Source: a virus
Lineage: Duplodnaviria; Caudoviricetes
Virus record (IMG/VR): IMGVR_UViG_2899924645_000001
Location: 1 to 64,000 of that record
Strand: one strand, 5' to 3'
DNA length: 64,000 bases
Part shown: positions 36,100 through 45,034 of the stretch, piece after piece
Layout: every line of letters starts with the position of its first letter
Numbering within the stretch: position 1 is the first letter of the stretch
Translations under genes and position numbers: made by a program
Notes under the pieces: model-generated
What the model was told of the DNA's origin: nothing
The model's input: the letters and a program-made list of their open reading frames with translations, nothing else
Databases searched by the model: none

Positions 36100-38469
36100 A
36101 TGACATCGAAAGAACTCCACTTCGACGTAAGCACGGGCTTGAAGCGCGTCATCGGACGCGACTTAATCACGAACGACGAAGTCGCCATCTTCGAGCTCGT
36201 CAAGAACTCTTTCGATGCTAACGCGCGGAACGTGCAACTGTACTTCTCGTCGCAAGGCCTGATCATCGTCGACGATGGCAAGGGCATGACGTATGACGAC
36301 CTGACCAAGAAATGGCTGTTCGTCGCGTATTCGTCCAAGAGCGGCGGGGCTGGCGCATCGGCCGCGCCCGGCCAGTTCCGAGAGCTGATCGCTGAGCGCA
36401 GGCACTACGCTGGCAGCAAGGGCATTGGGCGGTTCTCGTCTGACAGGCTCGGCAGCACGCTGCTGATGCAGACGCGTTCATCGGCGGAGAACGGGCCGGT
36501 CCACGAGGTCTTTGTCGACTGGGGCTTGTTCGAGGCCAACCTGCGAGAACAGTTCGGGAATATTCCAGTGCGCTACACGGAGCGCGAGGCATTCACTTTG
36601 CCCCCAGAGGTAGACGTTCCCGATCACGGCACGGCGATCTTCATTAAGGTCAACCCCGAGGATCGATTGCCCTGGGACCGGCATCGAATATTGCAGCTTA
36701 AGGCGTCGCTCGCGAAGCTCATCAATCCGTTCGGTAGCGGTGTCGATGGATTCCAGATCAACATCATTGCGCCGGAGGAGGAGGAGGCCGACAAGGCGGA
36801 GGCCCAGTCTCCTCGGAGGACGGAGGAGCTCAGCCCGAACGACGTCGTCAATGGCCACGTCGGTAACTTCATCTTCTCGACCCTACGGGACAAGACGACC
36901 TTCATCGAGGTGTGGTTGTCCGACGACGGCGGTTTCATCAACAGCGCGCTGACCGATCGGGGCGAACTGGTGTATCGGATTCGGGAGCCGAATCCTTACG
37001 AGTGGCTCCAGCAATCCGGATTCAGGTGCGAGCTCTACTACCTAAACCAGTCGGCGAAGACGACATTCGCCCGTCGGATGGGCGTGTCGTCCGTCAAGTT
37101 CGGGTCGGCCTTCCTCTTCCGCAACGGGTTCCGGGTCTATCCGATAGGCGAGGAGGGCGATGATTCGTTCGGGATCGACCGACGGAAGCAGCAGGGCTAC
37201 GCACGCTTCCTTGGAACCCGGGACATCATCGGGCGCCTGGACGTCTCCGGGCCAGAAGATCTGTTCAAGGAGGCCTCCAGCCGGAACCAGGGCTTGATCG
37301 ACTCGGCTGCCGTTGACGAGTTGAAGGCATGCTTCTGGGAATATTGCCTCAAGCGGCTCGAGCGCTACGTCGTGCCAGTCACGTGGGCTGATCGAGCGGA
37401 AAAGGACACGGAGGATCTTTCTCGCTTGCTGACAGACTCGGGCAAGGCTCGCGTTGCTAGCGCCTTCGCGAAACTTATCGACGACGCCGATGTCGAGGTG
37501 CTGGAGTACAGCAAGAAGCTAATCGGCATCTTGAACGAGCGATCGAGCCAGTTCGAGGAGTCGATGGTCAGCCTCCGCGCCATCGCGCTCAAGAGCAGCG
37601 ATGTGGCGATGCTTGAAAGCCTCGACCGGGCCGAGACGCGTTTCGCGGAACTCCGGCGGGCGGAATCCGAAGCTGTCAAGATCGCAGGCGAGGAGCGACG
37701 TGCGCGCGAGGCTGCTGAACGCATCGCGGAGCAAGCAAGGCAAGACGTCAATCGTCTCGAGGTCGATCTCGGCGAGGAGCAGAAGCGCACGCGCTTCCTC
37801 ATGTCGATCAAGTCCCTCGACCACGACACGATCCTGAACCTGCACCACCAGATCACCATCTACGCCGCCGACGCCAAGCAGCAGATCGAGAATTGCATCG
37901 CCGCGGCGAAAGTCAACGGACTCTCTCCCGAAGAGACCGTGGCCCGGCTGGAGAATATCGCCTTCCTGAACCACAAGGTGCTATCGATCTCGAGGTTGGC
38001 GACCAAAGCGAACTTCAGGCTGGAGTCCGACTATATCGAGGGAGATCTGGCGGCCTACGTCGACGACTACCTTACCCAAGGAGCGGCACCGTTCCTCGGC
38101 TCGGGCATTGAGCTCAAGGTGGGCCGGCACGATGCGGTTCTAGTCAAAAGGTTTCGGCCGATCGAGGTCTCGATCGTGATCGACAACCTTATCAGCAACG
38201 CCGAGCGAGCTCGCGCGACCGAGGTCGTCTTTGATCTCTCGAATCCGGACAAGAAGACGTTGCTTATGACGGTCACGGACAACGGTCGGGGCATCTCCCA
38301 TTCGATCGCGGACGTGGAGCAGATCTTCGAGCTCGGGTTCTCCAGGACTTCCGGCTCGGGGATCGGGATGTACCACGTCCGGCAGGTACTTGGGGAGATG
38401 GGCGGGAGCATCTCGGTGGATACCGCCGTCCGACGCGGTGCCAAGTTCGACGTTAAGGTGACCGCATGA
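36100..38469 (+). CDS. GHKL (MORC/MutL-like) ATPase fused to a C-terminal histidine kinase
   Basis: N-terminal ELVKNSFDA, DDGKGM, GSKGIGRF; coiled coil; LHHQI H-box, DNLISNA, DNGRGI, FELGF..GSGIGM. Confidence 0.9.
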   Translation: MTSKELHFDVSTGLKRVIGRDLITNDEVAIFELVKNSFDANARNVQLYFSSQGLIIVDDGKGMTYDDLTKKWLFVAYSSKSGGAGASAAPGQFRELIAERRHYAGSKGIGRFSSDRLGSTLLMQTRSSAENGPVHEVFVDWGLFEANLREQFGNIPVRYTEREAFTLPPEVDVPDHGTAIFIKVNPEDRLPWDRHRILQLKASLAKLINPFGSGVDGFQINIIAPEEEEADKAEAQSPRRTEELSPNDVVNGHVGNFIFSTLRDKTTFIEVWLSDDGGFINSALTDRGELVYRIREPNPYEWLQQSGFRCELYYLNQSAKTTFARRMGVSSVKFGSAFLFRNGFRVYPIGEEGDDSFGIDRRKQQGYARFLGTRDIIGRLDVSGPEDLFKEASSRNQGLIDSAAVDELKACFWEYCLKRLERYVVPVTWADRAEKDTEDLSRLLTDSGKARVASAFAKLIDDADVEVLEYSKKLIGILNERSSQFEESMVSLRAIALKSSDVAMLESLDRAETRFAELRRAESEAVKIAGEERRAREAAERIAEQARQDVNRLEVDLGEEQKRTRFLMSIKSLDHDTILNLHHQITIYAADAKQQIENCIAAAKVNGLSPEETVARLENIAFLNHKVLSISRLATKANFRLESDYIEGDLAAYVDDYLTQGAAPFLGSGIELKVGRHDAVLVKRFRPIEVSIVIDNLISNAERARATEVVFDLSNPDKKTLLMTVTDNGRGISHSIADVEQIFELGFSRTSGSGIGMYHVRQVLGEMGGSISVDTAVRRGAKFDVKVTA

Positions 38470-39392
38470 GGCTCGACTTCACGATTCTGTGGATCGATGA
38501 CCAGCCGCAACATATCCGGAGCTTCGAAGAAGGACTGAGAAATGCTTTGGACGCCCTGGGTTTCAAGCTAACCGTCATCCCCGTCGCTGGCTTGGACGCC
38601 GTCGATGCGACGGTGTCAGAGCATGTCCACGACGACGCAATTGATCTGGTGTTGGTGGACTACGACTTGAACGGGAAGGGCACCGGGGGCGAGGAGGCCC
38701 TCCTTCAGGTGCGAAAGAAGCTGCCCTTCAAAGACGTGATCTTTTACTCGGGCACCGACGTGAAGAAGCTCCGGGAGATCGCGTACAACGCCGGCGTCGA
38801 CGGCATCTATTTCTCGTCGAGGCCGGGGCTTGTCGGCAACGCGACGAAGGCGATCCAGAAGCTCCTAAGCAAGGTCATGGACCTCGACCACATGCGAGGC
38901 GTGGTTATGTCAGCCTCAAGCGACATCGACTTCGTTGTGGAGCGCAGCCTGCTCAAAATGCATGATGCGCTGGATGAAGCGGAAAGGGCGGCCCTGCATG
39001 CCGAGATCGTCGCCGAGCTGCGAGAGAAGCTCAAGAAATGGAGCGACGAGCTGGAAAAGGTAGGCTCGAAGGGGGACTTCGCCAGCCTGATGAAGAAGAA
39101 GCACATCTTCACCGCTTCGGACAGACTAGGCAGCCTCTTGAAGCGGCTCGCATCCTGGGAAGCGGAGCACGACGGAACGCGTTCTAAGGTTGACAACTAC
39201 ATCAATGGCGTCGTTCAACGGCGTAACAAGCTCGCGCACGCGATGCTACGGCGCCAAGACGGCAAGCTGCGGATGGTCGGCATGGAGCAAAACTGGACGG
39301 CCGAGGAAATGACCGCCCTGCGGCGAGAGCTGATCGACCACCGCGACAACTTTATGCTCATCGCGGTATTGCTGGACGTCAGCCTGGACTAG
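38466..39392 (+). CDS. Response-regulator receiver domain fused to a HEPN-like helical domain
   Basis: ILWIDD..DLVLVDYDL..IFYSG receiver; C-terminal RNKLAH (RxxxxH) at 39222-39239; ATGA-coupled to the kinase. Confidence 0.75.
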   Translation: MRLDFTILWIDDQPQHIRSFEEGLRNALDALGFKLTVIPVAGLDAVDATVSEHVHDDAIDLVLVDYDLNGKGTGGEEALLQVRKKLPFKDVIFYSGTDVKKLREIAYNAGVDGIYFSSRPGLVGNATKAIQKLLSKVMDLDHMRGVVMSASSDIDFVVERSLLKMHDALDEAERAALHAEIVAELREKLKKWSDELEKVGSKGDFASLMKKKHIFTASDRLGSLLKRLASWEAEHDGTRSKVDNYINGVVQRRNKLAHAMLRRQDGKLRMVGMEQNWTAEEMTALRRELIDHRDNFMLIAVLLDVSLD

Positions 39393-40674
39393 GCACCGAA
39401 GTCGCCAGCCACACGGCTACAGACTTCCCGATCGCTTCCGCCATCAGCGGGGGAACCGCGTTCGCGACCTGCGTGAAACGAGGAACCTCCTGTTTTCGAA
39501 GCTGGCCACCCGTCGTGTACTTGCCCCGGAATTGGAACCAGTCTGGAAAGCTCTGCAGCCGCGCATTTTCTCGTACCGTCAGGGTGCGAGGCTCGCGGTA
39601 GTGCAGCAGGTCGTCCGGCATGCTCGTGATAGTGGGCGACGGACGATCGGGATCGAGCACCCGTAGCGCCATTTTCTTGAGGCCGAATGATTCCCGGAGT
39701 TCGCGACTGATCGACACGTTCAGTCGGCCATCCTTGTGCGATATGTCGATGATCTGTTCGAAGCGTTTGACGATCTCGGGCCTGTGGCGCGCCAGCCTGG
39801 AGCTATCAGGCGTCGTCTCGCTTCCTGCTCGCATGAGCTTCTGGAAATTCGTCCTCGCGGGCCCGTAGGCGATCGCGCTGAACCCCTTGCTGTCGGGGCA
39901 GTCGATGACGCTGCCGCGCGCGAGCTCGAGATCCGATATGGCAGCGGAAGCGCTTGTGGTCGTTAGGAGCCCCTTGGATTGCAGGAATTGGTTACGGCTG
40001 CCAGTCAAGGCCTCGAAGGGATCTTGAGATTCCTTGAGCTCCTTCCGCAGGCCCAGCAGAAAGAAACGCACCCTGGCCTGGGGTACGCCGTAGTCCGACA
40101 CCTTGATCATCTTCCAGCGCACGCGGTAGTCCTTCGACAGCTCGCGCACCAACTTCTCGGCGTAGTTGATGCGGCCGTCGTTGCTGGATTCGTCCACGAA
40201 GTCCACGGTGATCCCGTTGACATTCTCGATCAGGACCGCTCGTGGGCGAACCTTCCGCACGAGCTTCAGGTAGCTGTCCATCAGGGCATTGCGCGGATCT
40301 GCGGCATTGCGACGTCCAGCGCTGGAGAATCCCTGACACGGCGGGCCGCCGGCCATCAAGTCGACTTTACCGGACAGCGACGCCAGCTTCCCCGAATGCT
40401 TGGCAAGCAGTTCCATGGCGCAGATCGGCTGTTGCGGTAGCCATGCCGGCCATTGGTAGCAATGCTCGCCCTCGCGCGCCAACAGGTTCGTCTTCAGGGT
40501 TTCAAAGGCAAATTTATCCTTCTCAACCGCGAAGAGGCCATTCCAGCCAGCTTGCATCAGGCCAAGGCTAAGGCCGCCGCAGCCGGCGAAGACGTCGATG
40601 AACGTCAGGCGCTTCGTCTGGGCAGTGCTTGCCTCCTCGCCGCCGTCCTGGGGGGGACTTTTGACTTGTAGCAT
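39379..40674 (-). CDS. C5 DNA cytosine methyltransferase
   Basis: FAGCGG, GGPPCQGFS, ENV, QARVR, RENARLQSFPD, QVANAVPP; convergent with and overlapping the receiver gene by 14 nt. Confidence 0.95.
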   Translation of the reverse strand: MLQVKSPPQDGGEEASTAQTKRLTFIDVFAGCGGLSLGLMQAGWNGLFAVEKDKFAFETLKTNLLAREGEHCYQWPAWLPQQPICAMELLAKHSGKLASLSGKVDLMAGGPPCQGFSSAGRRNAADPRNALMDSYLKLVRKVRPRAVLIENVNGITVDFVDESSNDGRINYAEKLVRELSKDYRVRWKMIKVSDYGVPQARVRFFLLGLRKELKESQDPFEALTGSRNQFLQSKGLLTTTSASAAISDLELARGSVIDCPDSKGFSAIAYGPARTNFQKLMRAGSETTPDSSRLARHRPEIVKRFEQIIDISHKDGRLNVSISRELRESFGLKKMALRVLDPDRPSPTITSMPDDLLHYREPRTLTVRENARLQSFPDWFQFRGKYTTGGQLRKQEVPRFTQVANAVPPLMAEAIGKSVAVWLATSVPSPG

Positions 40675-41247
40675 ACCGGTCTAGTTGATACTGAGGGTCG
40701 AAGTATCGCGGAACCGCGCTGATTGCACCAGGTGCAATTGCCTGAAGATGCGCGTTGCGGTCTCGACTACGCTGCATGCTGTGGGACTAAGCTCGCCAAG
40801 CGAAGCTTCGGTCCATCGACCAGGGTTGGGGTACCAGACGTGCAGACGTCTGCACATCCTCGCCGTGGTGAAGGTGATGGGCGACCGAGGCAGGCGATCG
40901 GCGGCTGGTCAAAGTTCTCCTGCATCGCTGCCCTTCCGGTGTTTAGAAGCGCTCGACGGGAGTTGTCGGATAACCAAACCATTAATCTCATACGTCCTCT
41001 CCGCCGAGAGGTCTCCTAAGCGTGAGCTGACCTTTGTGGCGTCGACTTGAACTACCGCTGTCGCTGACCTGCCGAAATTGGGCCGACAAAACGCACCGCC
41101 GGACGGCGAACCGATCAGGAGCTGTCGGTGGGGGTGTGCGAGGCAAGGACATCAACCGCTGCCAAGCACATGTGCGCAGCGGTCCCGACCCGTTGCCTTC
41201 GAGTTCTAAGCCGATCGGTCCTGGACCTCAAGTAGGTAGTCAAATTT

Positions 41248-41266
41248 TATGGCCTGTTGTATGGCC
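41248..41266. repeat. Direct repeats TATGGCC, candidate integrase arm sites of prophage 1 attR
   Basis: 41248-41254 and 41260-41266, 12-nt period, about 55 nt left of the att core. Confidence 0.45.
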
Positions 41267-41320
41267 GGTAGAAATGAATGATGAGTTCAAAGGGCCCATG
41301 AATACAGCATTCTTCGCGGT

Positions 41321-41334
41321 CACACTCTCCGCCA
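41321..41334 (+). other. att core: duplicated 3' end of a tRNA-Ser-like gene (CACACTCTCCGCCA)
   Basis: Acceptor-stem 3' strand plus discriminator G plus CCA; no intact tRNA body upstream; lies at the prophage junction. Confidence 0.65.
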
Positions 41335-41357
41335 GAATCAATCTCTGGCAGTTTTTG

Positions 41358-41391
41358 AAAGTCCCGCGCAGTCCCTGCGACGGGACTTTTT
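41358..41391 (+). terminator. Rho-independent terminator (possibly bidirectional)
   Basis: AAAGTCCCG-CGCAG..CTGCG-A-CGGGACTTTTT. Confidence 0.75.
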
Positions 41392-41458
41392 CATTGGAGG
41401 ATTGGTCTTTGTGAGTCTCGAAGGGTCCGGCGCGAAATCTCCCCAGCCCGGCTCCCAA

Positions 41459-41496
41459 CATGGCATCAGTCATGGTATTTTCCTGCGGATACCATG
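41459..41496. repeat. Candidate arm sites of prophage 2 attL
   Basis: CATGGCAT 41459-41466, CATGGTAT 41471-41478, inverted ATACCATG 41489-41496 overlapping the int start. Confidence 0.5.
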
Positions 41497-42657
41497 ACAC
41501 TCACCGTTAAAGCTGTTGACGCGGCCAAGCCGCGCGAGAAGGCGTACAAGTTGGCGGATGCCCACGGCCTCTACCTCTACGTTTCGCCCAAGGGCGCAAA
41601 GAGCTGGCGGGCCAACTACACGGAAGCCGGAAAGCAGAAGACGCGGACGTACGGCCTCTACCCTGGGGTGAGCCTGGCCGAGGCGCGAAAGGCCCATTCA
41701 GCGGGGCGAGAAGAGGCTCCAGCGCCAAAGCTGGCGCCGACATTCGAGGCGGTAGTGCGCGACTGGCTGAAGGCGAAGCTGCCGACGCTTTCCAACGGCA
41801 AGCATCAGATTCAGGTGGCGAACACCTTGGAGCGCTACGCGCTGCCGTTTCTCGGCAAGCTGCCTATCAACGCGATTCCGAGGTCAGAGCTGGTGAAGGT
41901 GGTGCGTGCTGCCCAAGCGGGCGGAAAGATCGAAACCGGACATCGCGTCGCGAGCCGGATTTCGGCGGTTTTCGATTTCGCCCAAGACACCGGGCTGATA
42001 GAGCAGCATGGCGCAGCCGGCCTCACGCGCGTGCTCATCGCGCGCAAGACAAAGAAGCCGATGGCAAGCATCCCTCCGGAAGAGGCCGGAGTGCTGATGC
42101 GCGCCATAGATGGATATGACGACTCAGTAACCCGGCTCGGGCTGCTGCTGCTCGCGCACACCTTCGTCCGGGTTGGTGAGTTGAGGGGGATGCTATGGGG
42201 GGAACTGAAGGAAGGCGGCGCGGTGTGGGTCGTTCCCGAGACCCGAATGAAGATGCGCATGCCGCACGTCGTGCCTCTCTCGCGACAGGCTCAGTCAATC
42301 CTTGCAAAGCTGCGCGAGATGAGCGGCGACGGTGCGCTTGTGCTCGATTCGCCCATTCATCCGGGGCACCCGCTGTCGGAGAACACCTTTCTGTTTGCCC
42401 TGTATCGGCTTGGCTACCGTGGGCGGATGACGGCCCACGGGTTCCGCGCCTTGGCTTCGACAGTGCTCAACGAGCGGTCGGGGTTTCCGCATGACGTGAT
42501 CGAGCGGCAGCTCGCGCACAAGGAGACAGACGCTGTTCGCGCGGCGTACAACCGCGCTGAATACCTTACGCAGCGCCGTGAGCTGATGCAGTGGTGGTCG
42601 GATTGGCTGGAGGCGGCTCAACGAAGCGACGAAGGTCCGAGACCCGCCAGCGCGTGA
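41494..42657 (+). CDS. int: Tyrosine integrase, P4/IntS-type
   Basis: KAYKLADAHGLYLYV..KSWR; TFVRVGELRG; HGFR; QLAH; AYNRAEY. Confidence 0.95.
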   Translation: MTLTVKAVDAAKPREKAYKLADAHGLYLYVSPKGAKSWRANYTEAGKQKTRTYGLYPGVSLAEARKAHSAGREEAPAPKLAPTFEAVVRDWLKAKLPTLSNGKHQIQVANTLERYALPFLGKLPINAIPRSELVKVVRAAQAGGKIETGHRVASRISAVFDFAQDTGLIEQHGAAGLTRVLIARKTKKPMASIPPEEAGVLMRAIDGYDDSVTRLGLLLLAHTFVRVGELRGMLWGELKEGGAVWVVPETRMKMRMPHVVPLSRQAQSILAKLREMSGDGALVLDSPIHPGHPLSENTFLFALYRLGYRGRMTAHGFRALASTVLNERSGFPHDVIERQLAHKETDAVRAAYNRAEYLTQRRELMQWWSDWLEAAQRSDEGPRPASA

Positions 42658-42802
42658 GGCCGGCAATCTTGACCGGCTGCGGGAGTTTGTTCTCTCTGAC
42701 TTTGTTCCAGAAGGTGGAGCGGCCCATCGAGAGCATTTGAGCGGCCTCGACCGCGGGGACAAGGAGCTTTTCGTTCATCGTTTGCGTGGTGCTTGTGTTC
42801 AT
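42566..42802 (-). CDS. AlpA-family excisionase
   Basis: EAAQMLSMGRSTFWNKV..LPQPVKIAGLTRWRVSDL. Confidence 0.85.
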   Translation of the reverse strand: MNTSTTQTMNEKLLVPAVEAAQMLSMGRSTFWNKVRENKLPQPVKIAGLTRWRVSDLRRFVEPPPANPTTTASAHGAA

Positions 42803-43248
42803 TGGCTGATTCCTTCCTCTGCCGCGGCCTGGCGGCGAATGCGCGCGAGCGATTCGATGAATGCATCGAACATCTGCCTTGGCGAGCTGTTGCGGGTTAT
42901 TTCTTCGCAGACCTGGAGGCCGGCGGCCATCGCTTGCAGGCCGGGTCCGTCGAAGCCATAGCGGCCGTGTCGGCCGTGAATTGCGTCGCAGCGGCGAAGC
43001 GCGTCTGCTGCGGCGCGGAGGGGCGCGAGGCAAAGCTCGTCTATCTGCTCGGCGCGCACCATGACCGTATTCAGGTGCGTGCTGAGCCTGTCGAAAAGCT
43101 CGTCGTCGGTGCTGCCCGTCTTCAGGTCTGCGAAGGCGCTGTAGACCTTGGTCATGATGTCGTCACCGGCCGGGATGTTGTGCACCTGACGTGCGGCGAC
43201 AGCGACAGCGACCATCGCGGGGCGGACGCGGCGGCTGTTGCGCTTCAT
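42799..43248 (-). CDS. Hypothetical phage protein
   Basis: Coupled ORF in the early operon. Confidence 0.55.
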   Translation of the reverse strand: MKRNSRRVRPAMVAVAVAARQVHNIPAGDDIMTKVYSAFADLKTGSTDDELFDRLSTHLNTVMVRAEQIDELCLAPLRAAADALRRCDAIHGRHGRYGFDGPGLQAMAAGLQVCEEITRNSSPRQMFDAFIESLARIRRQAAAEEGISQ

Positions 43249-44162
43249 GCGGACTCCCTGATTTGGACGATCAGGTCGCGTGCGACGGGCGGGCATACGG
43301 CGTTGCCCAGCATGTGCATCGCGGCCTTGTGCTGCGGCGGCAGCTTGTAGTCGGTCGGGAAGCCCATAGCGGCGCGCGCTTCATTGGCTCGCAGCATCCG
43401 CATACGGTTGCCGCGCACTAGCGCCCACCGGTCAACAGTGGTGATGGTCCCAATGGGGCGATGGATGCTGCGGCCGGTGAGGCCCGAGCCGCTACCGTAG
43501 TAAGGGATCAGGAAGCGTCCGCATGCAAGGTCCCTGCGGCCCTGATGGATGCGCCGGAGCGTTGCCGGACTACGCTTTGCGGTCCGGATGGGCGACCATG
43601 TGCCCGCCTCGAAATCGACGATGGCGCTCGCGGGAACATGGTCGCGCTGCGGCAGCTTGAGCGTGATGGGATTCCTGCTGCGCGTGCCGACGACGAAGAG
43701 CCGGGCGCGGTGTTGAGGTACGCCGTGGTCTGCTGCATCGATCACCATGGGCGCCAGTGCGTACCCGAGCCCTTCCATGGCGAGAGCCCAGGCGGGATAG
43801 AGAGCCCAGTCGATGAAGGCCGGCACGTTCTCGACGATGAACACCGGCGGGCGGTGGCATTCGGCGGCCGACACGACAGCCCATGCCGTGCTTCGCAGCG
43901 CGTCGTGGTGAGGCTTCTCCTTGCCTCGGGCCGGGCTGTGCCCTTGGCAGGCGGGCGAGGCCAGCAGCAGATCGTGCGCCGGCACCTCGCGCCAGTCGGC
44001 CTGCTGCAAGTCCTGGCATGCGTGCACGGTGCCCGGGTGGTTGGCCGAGTGAATTTCTACGGCGGCCTGCCAGTGGTTCGCCGCCCACACTACGCTGCAG
44101 CCCGCTTGCGTTGCTCCAGTCGAGAAGCCGCCAGCGCCGGCGAAAAGGTCGATGGCCTTCAT
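43245..44162 (-). CDS. C5 DNA cytosine methyltransferase (phage orphan)
   Basis: DLFAGAGG, ASPACQGHS, VENV, QHRARLF, LGNAVCP. Confidence 0.93.
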   Translation of the reverse strand: MKAIDLFAGAGGFSTGATQAGCSVVWAANHWQAAVEIHSANHPGTVHACQDLQQADWREVPAHDLLLASPACQGHSPARGKEKPHHDALRSTAWAVVSAAECHRPPVFIVENVPAFIDWALYPAWALAMEGLGYALAPMVIDAADHGVPQHRARLFVVGTRSRNPITLKLPQRDHVPASAIVDFEAGTWSPIRTAKRSPATLRRIHQGRRDLACGRFLIPYYGSGSGLTGRSIHRPIGTITTVDRWALVRGNRMRMLRANEARAAMGFPTDYKLPPQHKAAMHMLGNAVCPPVARDLIVQIRESA

Positions 44163-44818
44163 CGCTTGGCCCCCAGTCCCGCGAGAGTTCGAGCCACCTG
44201 CAGCTCGGCGAAGCGCGTGAGAAAGCGCTCGCGCCAGTCCTTCCACGTCGCGGCCTCGCGCTCGGGCGTGTCGAGGCGAACCCAGTCGGCGGGCGCGACC
44301 GGCTGCAGCGTGTTGTCGTTGAGCGCGGGCCACGGCATGTGGCGCGAGGGGTTGTAGGGCGTCAGGTCGCGGCGAGCCGTGGCGAGCGCCTGCAGGTCGA
44401 TGGAGCGCAGAAACTCGCGATGCCCGGCGAACACCGACAGAAGCTTGAAGTGCTCGCGCACGCCCTTGGCATGCTCGGCTTCGAAGGCGTGCCATGCGCC
44501 GACGCCGAAGGCCATGCTGTAGCTGTTGACGGCTTGCTTAGCGGGACTGATGAGGTCGTTGGTGTATGCCTCGTGCGCGTCGTGCAGCAACGCTGCCATC
44601 TGCACGAACACCGATGCGCCGGCGCGCTGGGCGATGTCGCAGCACAGGAGGCTGTGCTCGGCCACGCTGTAGGGGCGCGACGTGGCGCCGTTGAACTGGG
44701 CGACGATGGCGAGGTGGTGCGCCACGTCGTTGATGTCCACGGGGCGGCCGCATGCGCCGTAGGCGGTGGGGCCGGCGAGGTGGTACTCGGCGCCGCTTGC
44801 GGTCAGCATCCACGTCAT
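44159..44818 (-). CDS. HD-domain phosphohydrolase (YfbR-like)
   Basis: RF/QFNGATSRPYSVAEHS..LLHDAHEAY. Confidence 0.85.
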   Translation of the reverse strand: MTWMLTASGAEYHLAGPTAYGACGRPVDINDVAHHLAIVAQFNGATSRPYSVAEHSLLCCDIAQRAGASVFVQMAALLHDAHEAYTNDLISPAKQAVNSYSMAFGVGAWHAFEAEHAKGVREHFKLLSVFAGHREFLRSIDLQALATARRDLTPYNPSRHMPWPALNDNTLQPVAPADWVRLDTPEREAATWKDWRERFLTRFAELQVARTLAGLGAKR

Positions 44819-45012
44819 TGCACGCCCCCCGATTGCTGTTGCAGGCTGCGGGCGAGCAGGGCGGCGCGGTGGTCGTTGAACACCTTCTTGAAGTGCTGCC
44901 CCGAGCGTTCGTCGAAGGGATAGCTGCAAGCGAAGTTGAGCGAGTGGCCGGCCTCGGCCGCCTCCTTCGCTTCGCGCTCGATCTTGTCGAGCGACACGAT
45001 GGGAAAGTCCAT
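44815..45012 (-). CDS. Hypothetical phage protein
   Basis: MDFPIVSLDKIEREA; ACSYPF. Confidence 0.55.
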   Translation of the reverse strand: MDFPIVSLDKIEREAKEAAEAGHSLNFACSYPFDERSGQHFKKVFNDHRAALLARSLQQQSGGVQ

Positions 45013-45034
45013 GGAGTCTCCGGTGACTGGGTAG

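Larger units (their letters stand above)
1..41334. mobile_element. P2-like (Peduoviridae, phiCTX/RSA1-type) prophage; left att lies upstream of the window
   Basis: Full P2 gene set in P2 order (A, ogr, D-U-T-E-FII-FI, I-J-W-V, S-R, lysis, X-L-M-N-O, P-Q) with integrase at the left end and a tRNA 3'-end-like att core at 41321-41334. Confidence 0.95.

Noticed and set aside
36100-39392. Ordinary environmental two-component system
   Set aside because: No TM or PAS/GAF sensor, an extra N-terminal GHKL ATPase, no DNA-binding output domain, and flanked by a nuclease and an MTase
40997-41005. Second CTCTCCGCC match resembling the tRNA 3' end
   Set aside because: Only 9 nt, lacks the terminal A, and has no arm repeats or terminator; likely chance
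41155-41183. Inverted repeat ACCGCTGC..GCAGCGGT with an inner palindrome
   Set aside because: Single short hairpin; no second copy or functional context
40685-41240. ORFs of 70-126 aa upstream of the MTase; looked for a Vsr or controller protein
   Set aside because: No Vsr or HTH motifs; overlapping ORFs on both strands with no protein-like signature
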